Source of the DNA: Eledone cirrhosa
Taxonomy: Eukaryota
Assembly (NCBI GenBank): GCA_964016885.1
Contig: OZ024740.1
Span: forward strand, 354,020,001-354,084,000
Reading direction: 5' to 3'
DNA length: 64,000 nt
The translations under genes were made by a program, and so were the position numbers. The notes below the pieces were generated by a model, which did not search any database, was not told the origin of the DNA, and saw only the letters and a program-made list of their open reading frames with translations. How positions within the stretch are numbered: position 1 is the stretch's first letter; every line of letters starts with the position of its first letter. Below are positions 1-12,448 of the stretch, piece by piece.

Positions 1-657
1 TTCTCCTGCATTGAACCACCTAGGTACTATGACATAACCTGTGTATTTGCTAGCATGGGCGTGCATCTGTGCGCTTATGTTAGTTGATATATTAAATTAT
101 CTATATTTATCTCCAAATCACTGATTTGTCGAGCAAACTTGCCAAAACCACTTCTAAAAAAATTTTTTTTGGGGTGTTAGTAGGCGTCAGTCATCTTACC
201 ATCCCATTCCTTCTAACTAGCCTCTGTGTCACGTGATTGATTCTTTAGAATCGGCCATTTGACTTGAAGCAGTGAGAATTTCGGTACATAGAATCCAGTC
301 CTCGCAAGCTGTTCGATCTACCGAATTATTATTATTTTTATATGAGCCGCCAGTGTCCGCGCATTGCCTGGAGACTTAACTGAGAATAGACTCCCTGATG
401 ACGCAATGAATTCTCGACAGTTGGATTACGTAACTGTCTTTATCCCATTGCAGAAACTAATTAGTTGGAGTGAAAATTTAAGTAAGTAAAAAATTTAAAA
501 AAAAATTTTTTTTTTTAAATATTTTCTTATTTTACGTCTTTTATATTATTGTTCTGCATTCTCCTGCATTGAACCACCTAGGTACTATGACATAACCTGT
601 GTATTTGCTAGCATGGGCGTGCATCTGTGCGCTTATGTTAGTTGATATATTAAATTA

Positions 658-663
<6 letters not shown>
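1..663 (+). repeat. Penelope-like pseudo-LTR / retrozyme-like direct repeat (558-bp period; 1-105 repeated at 559-663)
   Basis: The sequence starting TTCTCCTGCATTGAACCACC... recurs exactly at 559. The unit contains a hammerhead motif. Confidence 0.65.
390..471 (+). ncRNA. Type I hammerhead ribozyme (minimal, palindromic helix III)
   Basis: ACTCC-CTGATGA(395-401)-helix II GCAATG/CATTGC with inner GACAGTT/AACTGTC hairpin-GAAA(453-456)-CTAATTAG-TT-GGAGT. Helix I is ACTCC/GGAGT. Confidence 0.7.
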
Positions 664-700
<37 letters not shown>

Positions 701-798
701 CTTTGTCTTTTCCTTATGCATTCAAACGGCTCGCATAAGCAAAAGACAGACAAACAAACAGAGACAAAGAATTTTATATATAGAGAGATAATCTATTA

Positions 799-2232
799 CA
801 GTGGTACCTTGAATTACAAGTGTCCCAACTAACCAGTTTTTCGAGATACGAGCCGTCTCTCGACCGATTTTTTGCTTTGAGTTACGAGCTAAAATTAGGG
901 TTACGAGCTAAAATTAGGGTTACGAGCCAGCTTAAGGTACCCTACCTCTAGTTGGCGTAGCGACCACCACAGTGAACGCTGTAACATCCGCCCAGCATCC
1001 CATGGGTCCGAAGAAAGTGAGCACGAAGGACAGTGCTGAGAAGAAGCGGATGATGTGCATTGAATTAAAGAAATAAATTATTGAAAAACGACTATGGTAT
1101 GCGTGTAGTCGACTTGGCGAAGCAGTACGAGCGTAGCACTTTTATAATCTACACCATACTGAAGCAGGAGTCGAAAAAGGCTATAATGCTAAGGGAGTTA
1201 AAATAATTTCTAAACAGCGGACATCTATCCATGAAAATATGGAAAAACTGCTGAGAGTGTGGTTTACGGAGAAGCAGCTCGCAGGAGATACCGTGACGGA
1301 GACTATAATCTGTGTGAAGGCACGAGCTATTTACGCTGATTTACTGCAGCAGACCCCAGGTACTTCGACGGACGAGCTGTTTAAAGCCAGTCGGGGCTTG
1401 TTTGAGCATTTTAAAAAGAGTACCAGCATTCACTCCGTTGTCAGACATGGTGAGGCAGCGAGTGCGGATATGAGGGCAGCTGAGGATTAACTCAAAACTT
1501 TTGCCGGAATTATAGCAGCCAAAGGATACATACCTCAGCAAGACTTCAACTGTGACGAGACAGGACGTTTTGGGAAGAAGATGCCAAGGAGGACTTATAT
1601 AACGCAGTGGAGAAGAGGATGCCAGGCCACAAACCATGAAGGATAGGCTAACCCTCGCACTGTGTGCCAATGCGAGCGGCGACTGCAAAATTAAGCCGCT
1701 GCTCGTTTATCATTCGGAAAACCCCAGAGCCTTTAAGTCTCATAAGATTCTGAAAGAAAAGACTGCAGGTTATGTGGATGGCAAACCCGAGGGTGTCGGT
1801 CACCAGGCAATCCTTTGTGGAGTGGGTGAATTTGGTCTTTGGTCTTGATGTTAAGAAATATCCAGGAAAATAACCTACCGTTGCAAGCCCTTCTCGTCCT
1901 GGACAATGCACCTGCTCACCCACCTAACCTCGAAGATGACATCCCGGAAGAGTTCAAGTTTATAAAGGTTCTCTACCTTCCACCCAACACCACACCTATC
2001 CTGCAGCCCACGGACCAGCTGGTGATTTCTAATTTCAAGAAGCTTTTCACCAAGCACTTGTTCCGCCGCTGCTTTGAGGTGACGGAAAGCACAAACCTCA
2101 CGCTTCGACAGTTCTGGAAGGACCACTATAACATCGTGATATACCTCAGAATTGTCGATATGGCCTGGCAGGGTGTTACAAAGAGGACCTTGACCTCTGC
2201 GTGGAAGAAGCTGTGGCCTGAGGTTGTGTCTG
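799..2232 (+). mobile_element. Tigger/pogo DNA transposon, 3'-truncated, disrupted transposase
   Basis: TA followed by a CAGTGGTACCT TIR. Broken ORF with CENP-B HTH (MEKLLRVWF, FKASRG) and DDE_1 motifs (FNCDET, LLVLDNAPAH, LPPNTTPILQPTD). Confidence 0.9.
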
Positions 2233-2420
2233 CAAAAATCCAACAGGATTTGAGATGCAATGTATGTGGACGATTTCTTCTATCAAAAGCTAGATTTATT
2301 AACCATCTGATATCACACGAGCCAGGGAGAAATTGAGCCACTATGAATAGAGCCTGCTATGAATAGAAGTCTGGCGGCCACCGCCGTCTAACGGAATCCA
2401 GCAGAAGCAACGGAGGATAA
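2233..2420 (+). mobile_element. Probable LINE 3' fragment with C2H2-like finger
   Basis: CNVCGRFLLSKARFINHLISH resembles a LINE ORF2 C-terminus and abuts the Tigger break point. Confidence 0.45.
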
Positions 2421-2939
2421 TTGTCTATACATTTCGAATCCTGGTTCTCATCAAGAAAATGCTTCCTTTTTCTCTGCTGGAATTTGAGACAGGCGAAAAT
2501 ATATATATATTTTGTTTATCTGTGTAAGCGGGATGATTAGCCTCATTTGCATACGAAGCTGTATAAGTTGGCTCAACTTAAAAGTAGAATTAAAATTTAG
2601 CTTCAGCATAGCTGTATACATACATGGATTAACACACACACAGTGTAGGTTTCCTTCTATTGTCCCTTATACACTTTATCTATCCTTTTGACTTCCTGTC
2701 ATTCTCTACTACTGTAAAGTACCACACAACTCTACTGTATCGTTTTCTTTGATAAATGCATTTACACCAGCTCGAAGTAACTAGTAAAACAATTAATGTA
2801 GTGATAATTGATGTCACGATTTTATTACTCAATCTTCCATGTACCAACAAATCAATTTTACTATTACAAAATAAAAGTTGTCAACTTCACAATTCTTCAT
2901 CATTCTTGTTATCAATCACCCTGCAAAGAATACATCTTA

Positions 2940-4013
2940 ACAGTTACATGGACGTAACCTTATTCGCTATAGATGTACCGCACGTGGACGGTGGAACGAC
3001 TCTGCCCAAAGTGATTCGAAGACGCAAGGTAAGTCCGAATGCCTCCGGCCACAAGCAATTTCGGCGTTTAAAGAATTTCCAATCTTTCGGCATTCTTACT
3101 CCCAGCAGCGTTCTTTTTTTTTTCTCCTTCTTTCTTGGGGTATTGTTGACTTTTCCGATCTAGCAAAGGAGATGGCGGCGAAATTGAGAATGAGTAGCGA
3201 GGTGATCATAGCCTTTAACGGCGAGGGAGATGTCGTCGCATCGTTGAGAAAAGTTAGATTGGTTGCCACGTTGCAAGATATTGAGAATGTGGCTGGCTTA
3301 ATCGCTCTTTATCTCAATGGAGAGCGGGGTGAGTAGTGTAAGGGCAGTCACGGCAGAGAGATTAGATGCAGAAGTAGCAGTGAGGTGTAGATTGTGGTAC
3401 GGGGAAGAATAATAAGGCTCTGGGCGATCGTGATTGACCACGTGGTGTACGGAATCGATGAAATAATGGGAATGGATGCGATTGGTTGCTTATGAGGCGT
3501 TACAGGGAGTGAAGTCGGAGTAACGTTTGGTAGCGCGGAAACATCATGTGCCGTGAGTGAGCAACAAGAGAACGGGGAGATCCACGAAGCAAACAGGGAT
3601 TTCAGGGCTGTGTTCAATGGGCAACAGTGTATAGTTGAGTGGTACTGGAAGGGAGAACCACCAACGCTGAAGAATAGAGTGAGCTGTTATCAGCATACCC
3701 TGAAAGGGGATGCCAGAAAGGGATGGATCGAGGAGGGTATACTGATTCCTTGGAAAGAGGAGGTAAAGTGTGGAGTGTTGCCGTTAATGGCAGTGTTTCA
3801 ACCCACGAAGAACAAGATGAGACCGGTGTTGGACTTTTGTGAACTGAACGAACACGTATCATGCTACAGGTAGTGAGTCACGGATGCCTGTGGAGAAACT
3901 ATGCGAGAGTGAATGACGGGGGGGCCTCCACGATTGTCGACCTAAAGTCGGCATATCTACAGCTTCACGTAAATGAGAAGCTGTGGAAGTATTAGCTAGT
4001 CAGGTATAAGGGT
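2940..4013 (+). mobile_element. Old LTR retrotransposon relic, 5' half (LTR end, gag, RT start)
   Basis: LTR-end motif TTCGAAGACGCAAGG...CCGGCCACA (~3016-3052) is repeated at ~9720-9757. Degenerate gag and RT (PLMAVFQPTKNKMRPVLDF, DLKSAYLQ). Confidence 0.75.
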
Positions 4014-4279
4014 TGTAGTGGCTGAGATGGTCGCTTGGCAACTAGCAGTTGCCTCCCCTTAACAACCCTTCAAGGAGCGGAGGCAAAAATACACCCGGAC
4101 ACAGCCACAGGTTCACTCACTCTTTTTTGGACCACGGACATGAACAGACGTGGAAAGATCCGCTCCTCAAAATATTGACGTTGTAGGAAATTTACTAAAT
4201 TATTGCATTAAATAAAATGATTGTTAGACTTGATTGTGCATTTATTTATTCGACAAAGAGAAACATCCCTTTTCTTTAT

Positions 4280-4293
4280 TGGCGACCCTGACG
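4280..4293 (+). promoter_or_regulatory. Primer-binding site, tRNA-Trp-like
   Basis: TGGCGACCCTGACG lies just after the 5' LTR and resembles the Trp PBS TGGTGACCCCGACG. Confidence 0.6.
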
Positions 4294-4843
4294 ATAAAGA
4301 ATGAAAACGCAGCCTATTGGAGTCCGAAATTCTTTTTAACGGCAATGTGGAATGGCTTAACATTTGGAATGTCCGAATCACTTAGCGTAAGTCCATAAAA
4401 TTCATTATATTCCATTTGTTGTAGCACGCATACAGACAAACACAAAAATACAACACACACAAAAAAAAAAAAAATAAAAAATAAAGGATTTCTCTGGATA
4501 TAGAATTTTGCTTCCAACATTCTGTGGAAATTACAAATGGAGATATTTCGTTTTCCCGCATTCAGCTTGTCTTCTCCAATCCCAGCCATCTGATTGGCTG
4601 CATCGTGCCACATGACGGCTCCATCACGGACACATTTTTAAATCAGCCATCTTGGATTTTCTTACCATTAATTTTCATAGAAAATGATTTTTTTTATTAT
4701 TAAAATTTCCTTTAGAATATTTTTTTTTTTAAAGAAAAAAAATTAGCAGTATTTCAAAACGGCTACCACCAATTACCAGCAATCAGCAGCAACACAAGGC
4801 TAACTATTGACCAACACCAAAAAGTCATCAAATACGTGGCACC

Positions 4844-5630
4844 ATGAGTCAACATCATTTGCCGTCCTTCGCAGGCGACATCAAGTTGTGGTTTGCGCAG
4901 CTGGAATGTTTCTTCGAATTGACGAAGACAAAGGAACAGCATAAGCTGAAGGTCCTGATCAATGGCCTACCTGTTTCCTTGGCATTCTCGGTGAAGGAGG
5001 TTGTGACGGATTTAGACGCCGACGTTACCTACGGCTCATTAAAAAAAGAAATCCTTCGCAGAAATACCAAGTCGGTAGAGAGCCGTTTTCGGGAGTTGTT
5101 GGACGATGCTCAAATGGGTGACAGGAAGCCGAGCTCCTATTTGCGACATTTGCGGGAGTTGAGCGACTCCCAGGGGATGGACACCCCCCTTCATAAAGCA
5201 ACTTTTTTTCTCACGTCTACCACCAAGTGCGCAAAGGATATTGGTCAATAGTTTAGAGAAGGATTCATTAGAGCAACTTGCCGCGTCCGCGGATAAGATA
5301 CTTGAGGTGGACTCGAACAGCAATCAGCATAATCCTTATGTGGCTTCAGCTTGCGTCCCTCCACGCAGTTCTTCTGTGGCCGACGGCAAACTGTTGGAGT
5401 TGATTGAAGCTCTCACCAAAAAGGTAGAAGATTTGACGGTACATTACAGAGAGCGTTCTCAACGTTTGAGGTATCGTTCGCCGCCGTCCTCTATTCATCG
5501 CCAGCACTACAACGCAGACAACAATAATTCTTCGTTGTGTTGGTACCATGCTAACTTCGGCAGTAGGGCGCAACGTTGTCGCGCGCCCTGTGATTACAAG
5601 AGATCGGGAAACGCAAAGCAGAGCCACTAG
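4844..5630 (+). CDS. gag: Gypsy Gag, one frameshift near 5185-5195
   Basis: LPSF...[11 protein letters not shown]-terminus, [11 protein letters not shown], and C-terminal [18 protein letters not shown] knuckle. Confidence 0.85.
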
Positions 5631-8600
5631 GAGCGGCTAGTGAACTCTGGGAAAACCGACCGAACCGCCATCTTTTCGTATATGACCTGCGGTCAAAAAC
5701 ATTTTTCCTTGTCGATACTGGCGCGTCGCTGAGTATTTGGCCAGTCAGTTATCTCAAAAAAAGCCCAGCCGAAGCAGATATAAATCTACGAGCAGTCAAC
5801 CACACGGCCATTCGAACGTATGGGCAAATTTCGCTTCCTCTTCGGTTAAAAAATTTGCGGCGTGATTTGAAGTGGAAGTTTACTATCGCCGACTTGCCAT
5901 ACGCCATTTTGGGAGCGGATTTTCTCCACCAGTTTTCCTTGTTGGTGGACATTCGCAGACAACGCCTTGTTGATGCTGAAACAGGCCTTTCTTTCGAGGG
6001 TTCAGAGCCGGACGTCGCCACTGTCAGCCCTTCCTTTTTCTTGGCTGAAGTGGGCAACCAGTATCAAAGCCTGCTACATTCATTCCCTCAGTTGACGCAG
6101 GGAAAGTTACGAATAACTAGCCCGGATCATGCGATTGAACACTTCATATCCACTACAGGTCCACCTGTTTTCTCACGTCCTCGAAGATTGTCTACAGAGA
6201 AGTTGAAAGCTGCACGTCTTGAATTCGACCACATGCTGGAATTGGGAATAATTCGGCGCTCCACAAGTCCTTGGGCATCGCCTCTACATATGGTACCTAG
6301 ATCTTCTGGGGATTGGAGACCGACGGGTGACTACCGACGCTTAAACGCGATTACTGTGCCTGACCGTTATCCAATCCCGCATTTGCATGATTTTGCATCG
6401 TCATTGCAGGGTTGCAGAATCTTTTCTAAGCTTGATTTGATCCGCGCTTATAATCAAATTCCGGTTAACAAGGAGGATATCCCAAAGACTGCTATTGCCA
6501 CTCCTTTCGGATCATTCGAGTTCCTCACTATGCCTTTCGGCCTTAGAAATGCTGCAAGTACCTTCCAACGATTTATGGATGATATTACTCGGGGCCTGGA
6601 TTTTGTATACACGTATATCGACGACGTGTTGATTGCTAGTTCTTCCCCTCAGCAGCATTCAAAGCACCTGGATCTCGTATTTCGTCGTTTACGGAGATAT
6701 AATGTTCGAATTAATGCTTCCAAGTGTGTTTTCGGCTCGACTTCACTAACGTTTTTAGGCCATCTGATTGACGCCGATGGTATTCGACCTCTTCCTGAGA
6801 AGGTTAAGGCAGTATCGGATTTGCCTCCGCCAAGTTCACTGCGACAATTGCGTCAATTCCTGGGCCTTGTAAATTGTTATAGGCGATTCGTACCTGGTTG
6901 TTCCAAATTGCTGTTCTCGTTGACAGAGATTTTTAAGGGTTGCCGGCGTAAGAATATGGACATTTCCTTAAATAAAACGCAGCTTGATGATTTTAAAAAA
7001 GTGAAAAGGGCGTTAGCGAACGCGTCTTTGCTCGCCCACCCAGTACCCAACGCCGAGCTATCGCTCTGTGTTGATGCTTCGGATAGCGCCGTGGGCGCAG
7101 TCTTACAGCAGAAGTGTGATGGGGTACAGCGACCACTCGAGTTCTTTTCGAGGAAGTTAAAGCCTGCCGAAACTCGCTATAGCACCTTTGGAAGGGAGCT
7201 ATTAGCAATTTATTTATCAGTGAAACATTTTGCTCATGTACTTGAAGGTAGAACATTCACCATTTTCACTGATCATAAACCCTTGACGTTTGCTCTTCGA
7301 ACTAAGGCAGACAAATACTCGCCCAGAGAAACGAGACATCTGGACTTCATCTCACAGTTCACGAACGACATTCAACATATTCCGGGTTCTTTGAATACAG
7401 CGGCCGATGCGCTGTCTCGCCTGCCGATCGCATCGATTTCGTCTTCCGAGGAGATAGATTTACATCGAATGGCAGCTGCCCAACCCACTCTCGAATCGTT
7501 GGATGTTACATCGCCAGAGTTTGTACATTGCAAACTGAAATACATTCCGATCTCAACTGCTGACGGACAGATACTGTGTGATGTTTCGTTGGACTCACCA
7601 CGACCTCTAGTCCCAGTGGAACATCGACGAACTGCGTTTCTCGCTTTACATGGTATTTCTCACCCAGGAGTATCAGCCTCAGTAAAACTCATAACAGCCA
7701 GATTTTTCTGGCCTGGTATGAGACGTGACATTGCTGCTTGGTGTCGTTCCTGTGTCGCTTGCCAACAAGCGAAAGTTCATAGACATGTTAAGGCTCCTCT
7801 CGGAACATTCACCTGCCCCGATGCAAGATTTCGTCACATTCATGTGGACATCGTCGGCCCGTGGCCGGTTAGTCGTGGTTTTTCGTATCTTTTGACGATT
7901 GTTGACCGTTTTTCGCGTTGGCCTGAAGCCGTCCCTATGGCAGATATCACCGCCGAAACCACAGCCCGTACTCTCGTATCTTCGTGGATCGCTCGTTTCG
8001 GTGTACCAACCACCATAACAACGGATCGTGGTCGTCAATTTGAGTCTAACCTCTTCCGAGAGCTAACCCAAATCCTGGGGGCTACTCGAATAAGAACCAC
8101 GGCTTACCACCCAGCCTCAAACGGAATGGTGGAAAGATTCCACAGGCAGCTCAAAGCCTCCTTAAGGGCTTCCATGGACTCTTCACGTTGGAGCGAGTAC
8201 CTACCCATTGTATTGTTGGGTATTCGGTCGACGGTAAAGGTGGACCTTGGGTTCTCCTCTGCCGAATTAGTTTATGGTACGCCTCTGGCGTTACCGGGGC
8301 AAATGCTGGCCCCTTTTGACCTGACTTCGCAGGACCCCGCTTCCTACGTGTCCCGGCTTCACTCTTATTTCAAGGATCTACCACCGATGGGCACTAGGAA
8401 GCAGACTGTAAAAACTGCCGTCCCAAGGGATATTGCCTTGTGGACCCATGTGTTCGTTAGAGACGACGCCGTGACTCTTCAACGGCCGTACTCTGGACCC
8501 TATCGTGTGCTTGCTCGCACAGACAAACATTTCACACTGGACATTCGGGGTTCCAGGGAAACGGTTTCCGTTGATCGTCTCAAACGAGCAAACCTGGACA

Positions 8601-8683
8601 ATGACACAATGACACTTGAAACTCAAATGCCCCCCTCTTTTTCTTTGCCACACAGGCCTATTTCTTGGTCGCTTGGCAACTAG
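5594..8683 (+). CDS. pol: Gypsy Pol (protease, RT, RNase H, integrase), open from 5594
   Basis: FLVDTGAS protease, YIDD RT, DAS/RELLA RNase H, HHCC zinc finger and DDE integrase, GPY motif. Confidence 0.95.
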   Translation, partial: LQEIGKRKAEPLGAASELWENRPNRHLFVYDLRSKTFFLVDTGASLSIWPVSYLKKSPAEADINLRAVNHTAIRTYGQISLPLRLKNLRRDLKWKFTIADLPYAILGADFLHQFSLLVDIRRQRLVDAETGLSFEGSEPDVATVSPSFFLAEVGNQYQSLLHSFPQLTQGKLRITSPDHAIEHFISTTGPPVFSRPRRLSTEKLKAARLEFDHMLELGIIRRSTSPWASPLHMVPRSSGDWRPTGDYRRLNAITVPDRYPIPHLHDFASSLQGCRIFSKLDLIRAYNQIPVNKEDIPKTAIATPFGSFEFLTMPFGLRNAASTFQRFMDDITRGLDFVYTYIDDVLIASSSPQQHSKHLDLVFRRLRRYNVRINASKCVFGSTSLTFLGHLIDADGIRPLPEKVKAVSDLPPPSSLRQLRQFLGLVNCYRRFVPGCSKLLFSLTEIFKGCRRKNMDISLNKTQLDDFKKVKRALANASLLAHPVPNAELSLCVDASDSAVGAVLQQKCDGVQRPLEFFSRKLKPAETRYSTFGRELLAIYLSVKHFAHVLEGRTFTIFTDHKPLTFALRTKADKYSPRETRHLDFISQFTNDIQHIPGSLNTAADALSRLPIASISSSEEIDLHRMAAAQPTLESLDVTSPEFVHCKLKYIPISTADGQILCDVSLDSPRPLVPVEHRRTAFLALHGISHPGVSASVKLITARFFWPGMRRDIAAWCRSCVACQQAKVHRHVKAPLGTFTCPDARFRHIHVDIVGPWPVSRGFSYLLTIVDRFSRWPEAVPMADITAETTARTLVSSWIARFGVPTTITTDRGRQFESNLFRELTQILGATRIRTTAYHPASNGMVERFHRQLKASLRASMDSSRWSEYLPIVLLGIRSTVKVDLGFSSAELVYGTPLALPGQMLAPFDLTSQDPASYVSRLHSYFKDLPPMGTRKQTVKTAVPRDIALWTHVFVRDDAVTLQRPYSGPYRVLARTDKHFTLDIRGSRETVSVDRLKRANLDNDTMTLETQMPPSFSLPHRPISWSLGN

Positions 8684-8916
8684 CAGTTGCCTCCCCTTAA
8701 CAACCCTTCAGGGAGCGGAGGCAAAAATACACCCGGACACAGCCACAGGTTCACTCACTCTTTTTTGGACCACGGACATGAACAGACGTGGAAAGATCCG
8801 CTCCTCAAAATATTGACGTTGTAGGAAATTTACTAAATTATTGCATTAAATAAAATGATTGTTAGACTTGATTGTGCATTTATTTATTCGACAAAGAGAA
8901 ACATCCCTTTTCTTTA

Positions 8917-9757
8917 GGGTCATACATACTGCCTGACCAGGCTTGGCTTCGGATTGAACTCTGCACCAAAGATCATGGCGACAGTCTTCAAGGCCATTCT
9001 GGGAAAAGTAGACAAGGTTAAGAGGGCCACCAACTCCTACACCGACGATATCTTGGTGGACGAAACGGTGGTGTCAGCAGCAGAGGTCTCAAGCCACTTG
9101 GGAATGTTCGGGCTGACCGCGAAACCACCAGAGGCGATGAATGGGGGAGCCGCACTAGGACTCAAGCTGCAGAGACAATAGGGCACACTGGTGTTTCGGA
9201 GGAAAAACAAAGTCCCGGAACTGGGCTCCGACATGAATAGACAGGAACTCTTCTCAATGTGTAGTAAATTGGTGGGCCACTATCCGATGGCAGAGTGGCT
9301 CCGGACGGTATGCAGCTATGTCAAGAGACGAGCAGACGAGGTAGCTGGGGTGACAGGGTAGGAGAGAAGACAGTAGCCTTGATGCTGGAGATGTGGGGAG
9401 GATAAAGGCGGATGACCCAGTGAGAGGATGCCGGTACGTCCCCAAATTGTAGAGTGGGACTGTATGGTGTGATGCCAGCAGCATAGCACTAGGGGTCACT
9501 CTGGAGATAGGGGGCGTCGAGATCGAGGACGCAGCCTGGCTCAGGAAGAATGAGGACTGCAACCACATCAACGTGGAAAGTTGGGGGACGCCTGACCGGA
9601 AGCATGAGGACGAGTGACGTTACACGAGGATCGATGGACTACTCTCCTGCGCCTCTGTGCCAGCAGTTCGCGTGGTGTGCAGACGTGTTGTGTGAAGGCA
9701 GCCGAGTTGGATGTCACGTTTCGAAGACGCAAGGAAAGTTCAATACCTCCGGCTACA
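8917..9757 (+). mobile_element. Old LTR retrotransposon relic, 3' half (RT, RNase H, LTR end)
   Basis: The reading RYKG|HTYCLTRLGFGLNSAPK resumes across the insertion. YTDD, WCDASS and HIN motifs present. Confidence 0.8.
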
Positions 9758-12390
9758 CATATATTTTTGTCTGGGTGCGTATATTCCTATACATTTCCTT
9801 TCACAAAAAAACCAGTTTCACTACTAATTTCTCACATCCATTGTCACCTGTCTGATTGAATACTACTACTACTAAGAAAAGAACGTATACTAAATACGCA
9901 CACACACACACACATAGCAAGTTCATATGTTTGCATTTTACACTCACTCTTTCTGTTTATCATATTGTATCTTTCAGATAAAATACAAATTATATTATAT
10001 TCTGTAATACAATCCTGGTTTAGAAGAGGTTATTTAGTATATGTTTTGTGTTGAGAATGTGTGTATTTGTTATTGTATCACAATACGGGCGTTTGAGGCC
10101 GCCCGTCTTGACGTATGCCGTTTGTGTGTATATATGTGTTTGGGTGTATATATATGTGTGTTTGTGTGTATATATATATGTGTGTCTGTAAACTGGCTGA
10201 GGTGTTAGCCAGACTCGTTGTGATATTTGTTGCTACATATTTTAAATGCTTGAGGAACGAAAGTAAGAGATGTTTACCTTCACGGTGTCGAGCTACAAGA
10301 GAGAGAGTTTCGAATAATATCGGGAACTTTTCCCTCTAGGAAAGTCGAGATATATTTTCCTACGCTGGTAGCGATTGTAGGTCACTACACTGGAATTATT
10401 CTTTTCATCAAAACAATCATACCAACAAGTCAATTTATTCGTTACACAAGTCTGCGAGAGAAAAAGTAGGTAATTTTAAGTTGTTTTAAAGTAGTATTTT
10501 GTGCTTTTTTGGCCATTATTGCTACTTTCACCCATCTTTCATGGAATTGGCTGGGACTGAGTGCCTTTTTCGGGTGAAAGTAGTAATAATGGCCCGTGTA
10601 AGTGGGCCATCTCTCTATATCGGTTTGTACAGGTAAGAGAAGAAGGGAGCACCCCCTCTCTCTGTACTCCCTGGCAGAAAGGTCGCACACTTTCTACGGG
10701 GGTGTGTGTGACCCCAAGGAATCGAGGAATACAAACGTGCATTCATTCCCCCCGGACTTAGTCAACACAATGTCAACAAAACCACACAACACGAAACTTC
10801 CGGATAGGAACATTTTAAGAGGGTTTTAGAGGCATTTTTATGTATGTATTTTATGAATGATATTTTATTGATGCGTGTTTTCTCATGTTTGTTTGCTTAT
10901 TTATTTGTCTATTTATTTATTTATTTATCTACTTATATTTTCTTGTGTATTTTTTCATGCAATTTCATGTTGTTTTGTTCATGTAACATGTATTTTTGCA
11001 TGATGTTTTCCATGAACCTGTATGCTTTCGTCCATATAAGTGTATGTGTGTGTGTGCATGTATAGATATATACGTATATGTCTTTATAGTTTAAATTTAC
11101 AAACACAAATGCCATAGCCATCAAAATGCAACACATACACAGACATAGCTCTGATATTTAATTTCATAAATATTTTACATAAAAATATAGAATGTTTTAG
11201 CGAGAGTACTGGGTTGTATGAATGTAACAAGGAATACATTGTTTGTGTGTATAATATTTAATTAACAATGGTAGATAGTATAGTTGACATGTCAAAGAAA
11301 TAGATGATAGAATGAAACAAAGTTAGTAGTTACCGTTTTGATTGCCAGGCAAACGCGGCTGGCAGAGGACGCCTGGCTAAGGCCAGGCGCCTGTTGGCCA
11401 AATGAATGGCAGAGCCAAATGAGAGGCTCTTGACCTGGTGCCGAAAAGGCAATGAGAGAGTGAGAGCTTAAAGTTGTTAGTTTTATAGGGTTCTGACCGG
11501 AAGTTACAGAAAGGGCCCCACTTCCCGTCCAGACGTTAATCCAAACAAGGGAGACAACCGCTACAATGTAAATGAAAGAAAATAATAAGTCAGCAGTAAG
11601 TGTGCCAATCGGTTGCTTCCTGTAATACTTTTTGAGGCAAGCCAACACACTGGCAGCTTACCACAGGAAATAGTGCAGTCAAGGTGCTGCATCAACCAAG
11701 CACCCTCGTGGGTATCACCTAACACCTAGATAAGTCGAGCTGCCAACAATGACAGGAACAAGCTTGCAGTGAGATAGAGGAAGGAATATTAACTCTAGCA
11801 GTAGGGCTCGGATGAGAGACAGGCTCGACGTGGCATGTGTTTGTGTGTGTGTGGGGGGGGGGTGAATAAGAGAGTGTACAGGACTAATTCCGTTTTAATC
11901 TGACGATGGGGATGGGAGGGGTAAGACGGGGAAGCACGTTCACTCCCCTAATATGTGACGAAGATGGTGGAAAACTGGAGTACGAAGGCTGACATGTTAC
12001 AAAATCGTTTAACTACGCGGGTCTCCTGGTCACTCAATGCATGACCCTATCATCAAAGAAATGAAAAAGGCGTAATAAGATTTCATCAATTCACATATAA
12101 CACTATTACTATTGCAAAGAAGAAATACTAAATAAACAAATAAACAACAACATTATTCCTCCATACCACGTGATCCCATCACCACTCCAAGAATTGAACA
12201 ATCACCATTTTCAGAATAAAAAATGTCATCTGACTTAGTTTCCTCAACCTTTGTTTTGACAAAGGGAAATTTTTTCAGAAATATTAAGTATCTCCAAAGT
12301 AACATTCCAGCAACTTTGTTATTTAATGTCTTATTTGTATTGCTGTATCTCTCTGAAACTGTTTTCTAATATTTGTATTTCAATGTAGAA

Positions 12391-12448
12391 ATGTTGATTG
12401 CTGTAAAACTCTACCTTCTACTATGCACCTTGAGTATACATTTTGAAA
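12391..12448 (+). CDS. GT31 paralog A, coding exon 1 (signal-peptide-like MLIAVKLYLLLCTLSIHFE)
   Basis: Preceded by an acceptor-like TAG. Ends in a phase-1 GTAAGT donor at 12449 that matches the phase-1 acceptor at 14474. Confidence 0.75.

Larger units (their letters stand above)
4014..8916 (+). mobile_element. Young Ty3/Gypsy LTR retrotransposon inserted in the RT of the older element
   Basis: LTRs at 4014-4278 and 8666-8916 (one mismatch seen). GGGT target-site duplication (TSD) at 4010-4013 and 8917-8920. Order is gag then PR-RT-RH-IN. Confidence 0.95.

Noticed and set aside
10681-10756. HDV-like ribozyme on the minus strand (GGGGAAU/AUUCCUU, UUCCUCG, long P4-like hairpin)
   Set aside because: No P3 3' strand and no catalytic J4/2 C-x-A-A segment could be found.
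11290-11754. Solo LTR (TGTCA...TGACA)
   Set aside because: No TSD found and only loose similarity to fragments at about 13880 and 32100; boundaries are unsupported.
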